A stretch of DNA of 32,000 nucleotides from Haloquadratum walsbyi C23. Its GTDB lineage: Archaea; Halobacteriota; Halobacteria; Halobacteriales; Haloferacaceae. The position numbers were made by a program, and so were the translations under genes. The stretch is from contig NC_017459.1 of NCBI RefSeq assembly GCF_000237865.1, positions 2,610,001-2,642,000 on the forward strand, read 5' to 3'. Shown here in pieces: positions 26,195 through 32,000 of the stretch (its first letter is position 1; every line of letters starts with the position of its first letter). The notes below the pieces were generated by a model that was not told the origin of the DNA, did not search any database, and saw nothing but the letters and a program-made list of their open reading frames with translations.

Positions 26195-27265
26195 TCACCT
26201 TTCAGCAGTACCTACAAGTTCATCATATCGAGCACCGGTCTGCTTCAGTGTTTCTGTCGAATAGAGACGTTCATGTTCAAAGGGAAGATGCTCAGCTGCT
26301 AAATTATCAATTTTTGAGTCAACAGCGCTACTTTCGCGCCCATGAATCATCGTAAAGAGATTATACGACCATCCTTGCTCTGGACGTCGTGGTCGATGAT
26401 AACAGAGTGTTACATATGGGAATTCACCAACCGTCTCTCCATACGTGTCAAGTTTATTATCTGGCACATTCCAGACAACCATACAGTTCGCATCAAACCC
26501 AGTTACAATATGATTCACAACGCATCCTACACGTTTGATACACCCATCGGAACGGAGTCGATCAACAGCGTCAACAACGGCTGCCGCATCGACGTCCGAT
26601 TCGACCGCAGTTGCAATATCATGATATGGAGTTACAGAAAGTGGGAATCCATCCTGAATCTCAACAAGTAACTCAGCCTCAAGTCTTGAGAGCCCGCCGG
26701 TTGCCTCTTCAGAAATTCGTGTCGCCGATACATCTGTTTCTGAGACACTTTCTCGCGCAAATGTATCCGTATTAACGACGGGGAATTCAAGATCGATATA
26801 GTAATCAGTCAACATTGGTACCTTCAGAACGTCACACCCCGTTTTTGTCTCGATTGAGTCAAGTATATCATCGCGTTTCTCACGAGCGCTTGCAGTGACG
26901 ACGAACCACATATTCCAGTCGTGATCGCGGCGATAATTGTGATTCACCTGTCGATATTCGTTGATGATAGTAGCAATATCATCAAAGCGATCTTCTGGCG
27001 CTGAAACGGCTGCCAACGTTGAACTCCCAATGACAGGCGGGTTCAAAACAGCGCCGAATCGTCGAAAGATACCTGTTTCACGAAGTTGACGAACCCGAGT
27101 AAGTGCATTTGTTTCGGAAATATCGAGTTCTTGACCGACAGCTCGAAACGGTCGTTCCATGATTGGAAACCCACTTTGATATTCATCAATGAGCACAGCG
27201 TCAATTGTGTCAAGTTCAATATTAAGATCGCGCCCCCATGTCGTTTCTAAGCCGGTCTCACTCAT
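26195..27265 (-). CDS. Siroheme decarboxylase-like protein (fused AhbA/AhbB, NirD/L/G/H family; two Lrp/AsnC-like halves)
   Basis: 356 aa. It has two repeats of an HTH plus a NirD-like domain: ..IDAVLIDEYQSGFPIMERPFRAVGQEL..TRVRQLRETGIFRRFGAVLN.. and ..EAELLVEIQDGFPLSVTPYHDIA..VDRLRSDGCIKRVGCVVNH... Confidence 0.7.
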   Translation of the reverse strand: MSETGLETTWGRDLNIELDTIDAVLIDEYQSGFPIMERPFRAVGQELDISETNALTRVRQLRETGIFRRFGAVLNPPVIGSSTLAAVSAPEDRFDDIATIINEYRQVNHNYRRDHDWNMWFVVTASAREKRDDILDSIETKTGCDVLKVPMLTDYYIDLEFPVVNTDTFARESVSETDVSATRISEEATGGLSRLEAELLVEIQDGFPLSVTPYHDIATAVESDVDAAAVVDAVDRLRSDGCIKRVGCVVNHIVTGFDANCMVVWNVPDNKLDTYGETVGEFPYVTLCYHRPRRPEQGWSYNLFTMIHGRESSAVDSKIDNLAAEHLPFEHERLYSTETLKQTGARYDELVGTAER

Positions 27266-27319
27266 TATGATCTATACACACCCGGATAACCTACATATTT
27301 CGAAGTGAGCCTGCAAGGA

Positions 27320-27534
27320 GAACAAATGGAGTACCTCGGAGTCTGATTGCGTTCGCGAAATGATTCAGTAGAACTGACTGATCTGCGTGTCTGATTTTTC
27401 TGTATCATCATGAGATAGTATAAACTGAGGATCCGCGTATTTAATATTGAATCAGGAAATTCCAATTGCCACCGGCTGGTATAGGTTGAACAGGCGCAAT
27501 CCCACGTCGTTTACGGCGTGGATACGCGCCGTCA
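27320..27534 (+). repeat. Degenerate tnpB-3'-end / right-end module, upstream copy of a tandem pair
   Basis: GGAGTACCT at 27328-36 is the same 9-mer as 27832-40. CTGAGGAT is at 27425-32. The hairpin is CCACG(27502-06)/CGTGG(27517-21), followed by GATACGCGCCGTCA ending at 27534. Confidence 0.4.
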
Positions 27535-27560
27535 GACGGAGACGGAGACGGGGACGGGGG
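27535..27560. repeat. Short tandem repeat GACGGA GACGGA GACGGG GACGGGGG
   Basis: Read directly from the sequence. It lies immediately after the right-end-type terminus at 27534. Confidence 0.6.
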
Positions 27561-27752
27561 AATTTTTGACCTTTCTTGTTCTACAATATTGTGTATTGAT
27601 ATGTCGGCACGCTGGTTACAACCCCAGTGTAGCCGCATACCCGAAAATTGGTGGTTCGAGTGTGAGTGTCCACCGAGACTGAAAACAGGACATGTCCTTT
27701 AGAGAATCAAATAACAGGCGACGAGCAATCATCAAGATAAGTAACTCTGAAT

Positions 27753-28001
27753 CTGGTGAATCCGAGTGCCGACCACTGACCACCGCTCCTGTGGGGAAAC
27801 TAACACAGGAACGCGTTATCGGCTGAGGATAGGAGTACCTGGGGTAAGATGTGGCACTCTCAAGAGGCTGTCCCTTGCCTGACTGCACATCGATTCACAC
27901 GGTGTGTTGGCTTGGCAGTTTATGAACCTGCACCTGAAGTTCCTAACTCAGCGGTGCGGTACCGTGGGAGTCCCGCGTTTTCAGGCGCAGGGGGATGTCA
28001 A
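27753..28001 (+). mobile_element. Non-autonomous IS200/IS605-derived module: short left-end-like piece, tnpB 3' end still open in frame, and right-end hairpin
   Basis: GGTGAATCCGAGTGCCGACCACTGA at 27755-79 matches AGTGATTCGTATTAGTCCGACGA at 15481-15503. A start-less frame is open from 27804 to 28028: HRNALSAEDRSTWGKMWHSQEAVPCLTAHRFTRCVGLAVYEPAPEVPNSAVRYRGSPAFSGAGGCQTHSYMTAL*. The hairpin is CCCGCG(27972-77)/CGC-a-GGG(27986-92), followed by GATGTCAA ending at 28001. Confidence 0.6.
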
Positions 28002-28120
28002 ACACACAGTTATATGACTGCTTTATGAATAAGCTGTGGTAACAGCTTCTCATACTGTTGGGATCTCATATAATAAAATCTGAACGGGTCACTTTTGTTG
28101 TCCACGCACATTGAATCTAT

Positions 28121-29200
28121 ATGGCGAAAGCGTCCGAAGCCGTCGAGTCTGAATTTGGTGAGTGGCCACTCAAGCGTCTCATGACAGAAGTCGTTGGATC
28201 AGGAGTCAAGTCTGCAGAGGACATGTCTCGTGAGCAGGCTACAGACGCAATTCGACGTATTCTTGCCAATGAGCCTGATCAAACAACGCTTGGGGCTTTT
28301 TGGCTTGCAAATCGCTGGAAACACAATGTTGCTCAGGAGCTTTCTGCGTACGCTGATGTTGTTGCCGAGGATGTCATCACTGCAGTTCCGGATGCCGACC
28401 CAGTTGATTGTGGTGCGAACTATGACGGAAAAGGTGATACCGCAATCCTTGGTGCAGCTGCTGGAATTGTTGCTGCTGGCGCCGGGACACCTGTTGTTGT
28501 TCATTCAGGTGATCGTGTACCAACACAGAAGCAGGACGCATACAAACACGTACTTGATGAACTCGGCATACAGACTGAAATTGAGCCAGTCGAAAGCGCA
28601 GCAATGGTAGATGAGACTGGATTTGGGTTTTATTATCAGCCTGCATTCGCACCGCATATTAATGCAATCAACGACCGTCGTGATAAAATGGGCGTTCGGA
28701 CGTTCTTTAATACAATTGAGACAATCATGAATCCTGCGAAGGCTGATGTCCATTTAGGATCGTTCTATCACCTTGCATTCGCAAAGAAGATGGTTGATAC
28801 ATTCAAGAGGATGGAAACACAGCACCCACATCGGGTCCTCATGTTCCAAGGAATGGAAGGATATGATGATATCCGCCCTGGATACACAAAAGTCGGTGAA
28901 TGGACTGATGGTGAATTTATTGATTATGAAATCGAGACGCCCGAGTACGGAATGGACTTTGAGTATGAGGATCTTGAGGTCAATCCTGACGATGTTGCCG
29001 GTGACTCTGCAAAATTAACTCGTGAGATCATTTCTGGTAATCGAACAGATTACTTCGTTGACGCGGTCGCGCTCAATGCTGCCTTCCGGATTTACGCTCG
29101 AGATGATACAGAGACAATTGAAACAGGACTCAAAATGGCTCATGAGAGTATCGAATCTGGTTCGGCAGCAGCTGTCCTTGAAGATCTCCAAGCATTCTAA
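28121..29200 (+). CDS. Anthranilate phosphoribosyltransferase-like (glycosyltransferase family 3 fold) protein, a divergent paralogue
   Basis: 359 aa. The overall TrpD-like layout has an N-terminal helical domain followed by an alpha/beta domain. The canonical GTGGD and KHGNR..SS..GSAD motifs are replaced by GANYD and VHSGDR..TQKQDAYK. Confidence 0.7.
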   Translation: MAKASEAVESEFGEWPLKRLMTEVVGSGVKSAEDMSREQATDAIRRILANEPDQTTLGAFWLANRWKHNVAQELSAYADVVAEDVITAVPDADPVDCGANYDGKGDTAILGAAAGIVAAGAGTPVVVHSGDRVPTQKQDAYKHVLDELGIQTEIEPVESAAMVDETGFGFYYQPAFAPHINAINDRRDKMGVRTFFNTIETIMNPAKADVHLGSFYHLAFAKKMVDTFKRMETQHPHRVLMFQGMEGYDDIRPGYTKVGEWTDGEFIDYEIETPEYGMDFEYEDLEVNPDDVAGDSAKLTREIISGNRTDYFVDAVALNAAFRIYARDDTETIETGLKMAHESIESGSAAAVLEDLQAF

Positions 29201-29414
29201 AACTCGTAGTATATCCAAAAATAATGATTCGGTTGTAATGCTACTCCCAACCATAAGTTGACTTTAGCATCTTGAACTACGGAGAAAATAAATATAGTTA
29301 TAATTATCATATCATATAGTAGATATAATATTTACTCGGGAGATGACGCTGTGAGAACGTTTAATATCGCATCATGAAAGACACCATTTAGTATCAGACG
29401 CTCAATTTTTACAT

Positions 29415-29954
29415 ATGGCTATTGACCCTGACGTCGCTAATGAGCAAAATCCGCTTATTACTCTTGAAACGACACGCGGTGATATTACTCTTGAACTGTT
29501 TGAGCAGCGTGCTCCACAGACAGTTGAGAACTTCCTTGGACTTGCAACGGGTGAGAAAGAGTGGAGTGACCCAGATACCGGTGAGACGCGAACAGACTCA
29601 CTGTATGAGGGGACAATTTTCCATCGCATCATTCCAGAGTTTATGATTCAAGGCGGTGATCCAGAGGGAACAGGTCGTGGTGGTCCAGGCTATACATTCG
29701 ATGATGAATTTCATGAGGATCTAAACCACGATGGCGCTGGAATTCTTTCGATGGCAAACCGTGGACCAAATACCAATGGCTCGCAGTTTTTTATTACACT
29801 TGACTCACAACCGCATCTTAACGGTAAACATGCAGTCTTCGGACATGTCGTTGAGGGAATGGATACAATTGAAGATATTGCGTCTGTCCCAACTGATCGC
29901 GATGATAAACCGATGCAAGATATTGAAATCGAGGCTCTCAATATTGAGCGATAG
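29415..29954 (+). CDS. Peptidyl-prolyl cis-trans isomerase, cyclophilin type
   Basis: 179 aa. Motifs are FHRIIPEFMIQGGDP, GGPGYTFDDEF, LSMANRGPNTNGSQFFIT and HAVFGHVVEGMD. Confidence 0.9.
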   Translation: MAIDPDVANEQNPLITLETTRGDITLELFEQRAPQTVENFLGLATGEKEWSDPDTGETRTDSLYEGTIFHRIIPEFMIQGGDPEGTGRGGPGYTFDDEFHEDLNHDGAGILSMANRGPNTNGSQFFITLDSQPHLNGKHAVFGHVVEGMDTIEDIASVPTDRDDKPMQDIEIEALNIER

Positions 29955-30041
29955 TCCAATTATCATTTGTGCGTAGCTCCTGCTGTTATCTAGACGCACA
30001 GAACCGACATCCCAAAGAGCACCGTTGACATATTTATTCAT

Positions 30042-30425
30042 ATGAGTGATACTAACACGAGCACAAATGACAATGACAATGACGATGACACAGATGACTC
30101 TCTGAGCGCGAGCGATGTCGGGTCATCAGCAGATGCGCCACCAGTTGCGGAAAAGCCATACAAAATAATATTTGAAGCGAACAAATGTTTTGGTGCAGGT
30201 CGATGTGCGGAAGTTGCAGACAATTGGGAAATGGATATTGCATCTGGGCTGGCCAACCCAAAGTCATTCTTCATTGGTGAAGATGAACTAGATGAAAATA
30301 TTCGTGCTGCTGAGGTGTGTCCGGCTAAAAAGGATGCTGGAGTTATTCATATCGTTGATCGCCGCACTGATGAAGAGGTGGCGCCAGATCCACACGGTGA
30401 TGGCACACTGAGTGTCGATTGGTAG
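30042..30425 (+). CDS. Small ferredoxin-like protein (single Fe-S cluster type) with an Asn/Asp-rich N-terminal tail
   Basis: 127 aa. The pattern ..KCFGAGRCAEVA..(about 45 aa)..AAEVCPA.. resembles mono-cluster ferredoxins. The N-terminus reads NDNDNDDDTDDS. Confidence 0.55.
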   Translation: MSDTNTSTNDNDNDDDTDDSLSASDVGSSADAPPVAEKPYKIIFEANKCFGAGRCAEVADNWEMDIASGLANPKSFFIGEDELDENIRAAEVCPAKKDAGVIHIVDRRTDEEVAPDPHGDGTLSVDW

Positions 30426-30461
30426 TAAGACTCGCACGTGAACTCATGTTGAACTCATTGG

Positions 30462-30544
30462 GTTGAATCATCATATAAATCGATACTTTGCATAATTATA
30501 GAATATAAGCAGAATCCCGGTTTTCAGGCGCCGGAGGATGTCAA
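30462..30544 (+). mobile_element. Miniature (about 83 bp) left-end-motif plus right-end-hairpin remnant of the same IS family
   Basis: GTTGAATCAT at 30462-30471 is identical to 25057-25066, which precedes the left end of the tnpA unit. 30511-30544 AGAATCCCGGTTTTCAGGCGCCGGAGGATGTCAA is nearly identical to 27969-28001 AGTCCCGCGTTTTCAGGCGCAGGGGGATGTCAA. Confidence 0.45.
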
Positions 30545-30699
30545 AGACTGAGATTATGATAATCAGCAATGTCAATGAGATATAATTCTTAGCACTGAAG
30601 CGAAACCAATATCTGCCAGACAATAAAATTCATAATACCGGTTGAGCAATTTAATATTAGATCTATCAAATACGATAGAGATGAATTGTGGGTACCGGC

Positions 30700-30784
30700 G
30701 CGGGGGTGGCTGAGCTAGGACAAAAGCGGCGGACTTAAGATCCGCTCCCGTAGGGGTTCATGGGTTCAAATCCCATCCCCCGCA
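30700..30784 (+). tRNA. tRNA-Leu (anticodon UAA), class II with a long variable arm; no encoded CCA
   Basis: The acceptor stem is GCGGGGG/CCCCCGC. The anticodon stem GCGGA/TCCGC carries the loop CTTAAGA. The variable arm is CCCGTAGGGG. The T arm is ATGGG-TTCAAAT-CCCAT. The discriminator is A at 30784. Confidence 0.9.
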
Positions 30785-30908
30785 TTTGACGCGTGTTCTG
30801 TGGACAATTATCCAAAGGTCGCTACATTCGCTTGTCATCGATGATATCTAAGAGTCTATTTTTAAGCTAATGAGCAGCTCGTGTGTTACACCAGAGCGAT
30901 TTTCATCA

Positions 30909-31976
30909 TTACACCGAAATTAAATCTGAGATAAATATATCAAAGAATATGAATAACACTGGGAGGATAATAGAGCTAACCAATCTGGCAATGATGCTCA
31001 TCGAAAGGGGATATAATTGCACATTTTGATTATCCCTAAATTCTTGTCTTGCTCGCTGGATTTCCATTTGCAACAATTGGTGATTCTCTGCGTCTACATC
31101 ATCTTGATTCTCTGGGATTGCTAACTTTTGCTCCAAGTCGCGGATTCGTTCTTTATGTTTTCTTAAGGCTTGCTCACGGACCTGTTGTGCCCGTCGATTC
31201 ATCTTGTAAGTTGGATACGCAAAAAGGACTATTAGATTGAGTATAAAAAGAAAGACACCAATATAGACAAAGTATCCAAATGCAACCTCTGAGGCTAACT
31301 CAAAGGATAGCGGAAGGGCAAATGATCCCAGAGACATAATGACCGTCACTTGGATTGCTAATTCCCCAACAGTACTTAATCCGCCTAATCCATCTGGATG
31401 TAGCGGTTCAATATCTAATTCTGCCTCCTCTGCAAATGACTTGATAGCCAAGACAGTGATTAATGCAGCATGCGTTCGCAAACCAGCAATCACCAACCAA
31501 TAGATAAAGAATACTAAATATGCCCCCTGTTCGACAATGGTAGTTATGCCCTGAGTCTGAAAATAGGACTGACTGACGATAAAAACGCCTAATACAAGGA
31601 TGACCCAGATAGCTACATTTACCCACCAATAGCGGGCATAGTATCGATCATATTTTCGTGAAAGTTTAGCCAACGTCGGGTCATCAGTCGGAGTTAAGCG
31701 CCGATCTGCATGTTGAAAAAATCTCGGAAGTAACTTTTGATCAAAGTACCAAACATCAAATGGACCAATGATCACCATCAAGCAGGCTAGCGACTGACCG
31801 ATGAGGAACATTCGATCTGCCTCCCCGACATCCACTGCAATGATTGTGGTCACTATTGGAATCCACCCAACCGTCAGAACGGCTGAGAGGAGTGTCGAAG
31901 TTGTGTATTGATTTCCCCATTCAACGATTTTACTCAGCCAAATAACGTCTGAGTGATACTTGTTTGTCGAATTCAT
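30909..31976 (-). CDS. Multi-pass membrane protein with a C-terminal coiled-coil segment, function unknown
   Basis: 355 aa. About six hydrophobic helices are followed by a charged helical region (RRAQQVREQALRKHKERIRDLEQKL..QMEIQRARQEFRDNQ) and a final hydrophobic helix. GC is lower (about 40-43% in the sampled lines). Composition is not acidic, unlike the neighbouring genes. Confidence 0.6.
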   Translation of the reverse strand: MNSTNKYHSDVIWLSKIVEWGNQYTTSTLLSAVLTVGWIPIVTTIIAVDVGEADRMFLIGQSLACLMVIIGPFDVWYFDQKLLPRFFQHADRRLTPTDDPTLAKLSRKYDRYYARYWWVNVAIWVILVLGVFIVSQSYFQTQGITTIVEQGAYLVFFIYWLVIAGLRTHAALITVLAIKSFAEEAELDIEPLHPDGLGGLSTVGELAIQVTVIMSLGSFALPLSFELASEVAFGYFVYIGVFLFILNLIVLFAYPTYKMNRRAQQVREQALRKHKERIRDLEQKLAIPENQDDVDAENHQLLQMEIQRARQEFRDNQNVQLYPLSMSIIARLVSSIILPVLFIFFDIFISDLISV

Positions 31977-32000
31977 AGATAAATTTATTATCTGCTATTA

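Noticed and set aside
27535-27560. Short tandem repeats as a possible CRISPR or minisatellite array.
   Set aside because: It consists of only four 6-8 nt units with no spacers. No repeat-spacer periodicity of 25-40 nt occurs anywhere in the window, and no cas genes are present.
27441-27888. Minus-strand ORFs 27441..27638 and 27616..27888 (also 27265..27465) as genes in the 855-bp spacer.
   Set aside because: They lie antisense across the repeat modules and the GACGGA tandem repeat (read as PSPSPSPS). They are basic with no motifs, and are better explained as chance ORFs in repeat DNA.

Overview
This 32-kb window is a chromosomal segment from a halophilic archaeon. The predicted proteins are strongly acidic, spacers are long and AT-rich, and my calls cover about three quarters of the window. 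That pattern fits a Haloquadratum-like genome, but I cannot verify the taxonomy from here.

The coding content is mostly ordinary housekeeping:
- Central metabolism: glucose-6-phosphate isomerase, ROK glucokinase, aconitase.
- Transport: an RCK-regulated cation/proton antiporter.
- Protein turnover and modification: PAN proteasome ATPase, a RimI-like GNAT, cyclophilin.
- Nucleotide and polyamine metabolism: dUTPase, pyruvoyl arginine decarboxylase.
- Cofactor and iron-sulfur functions: a NifU-like protein, a YgfZ/GcvT-like protein, a fused AhbA/B-like siroheme decarboxylase, a small ferredoxin.
- Flavoproteins: a geranylgeranyl-reductase-like enzyme and a COG3380-like oxidoreductase.
- Others: a PHP phosphoesterase, a divergent TrpD-like protein and tRNA-Leu(UAA).
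- An AAA+ ATPase / metallo-beta-lactamase (MBL) hydrolase pair converges on a PD-(D/E)xK-like gene.

I found no rRNA, no CRISPR array and no recognisable defence operon.

The unusual layer is non-coding. The spacers carry a decayed IS200/IS605-type family, all copies in + orientation:
- One tnpA pseudogene unit abutted to a tnpB 3' remnant (25.06-26.13 kb).
- One internally deleted derivative (0.13-0.46 kb).
- At least six shorter modules that keep only the 3' end of tnpB plus the right-end hairpin, which is the part that encodes the TnpB omega-RNA.

Several of these modules end 120-185 bp upstream of + strand genes.

Other points worth a second look:
- A GC-rich, self-complementary island upstream of the AAA+ gene.
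- An N-terminal nuclease-fold segment with no start codon.
- An AT-rich, non-acidic membrane protein gene just past the tRNA at the window edge.

Boundaries of all repeat modules are approximate, to about +/-30 bp.
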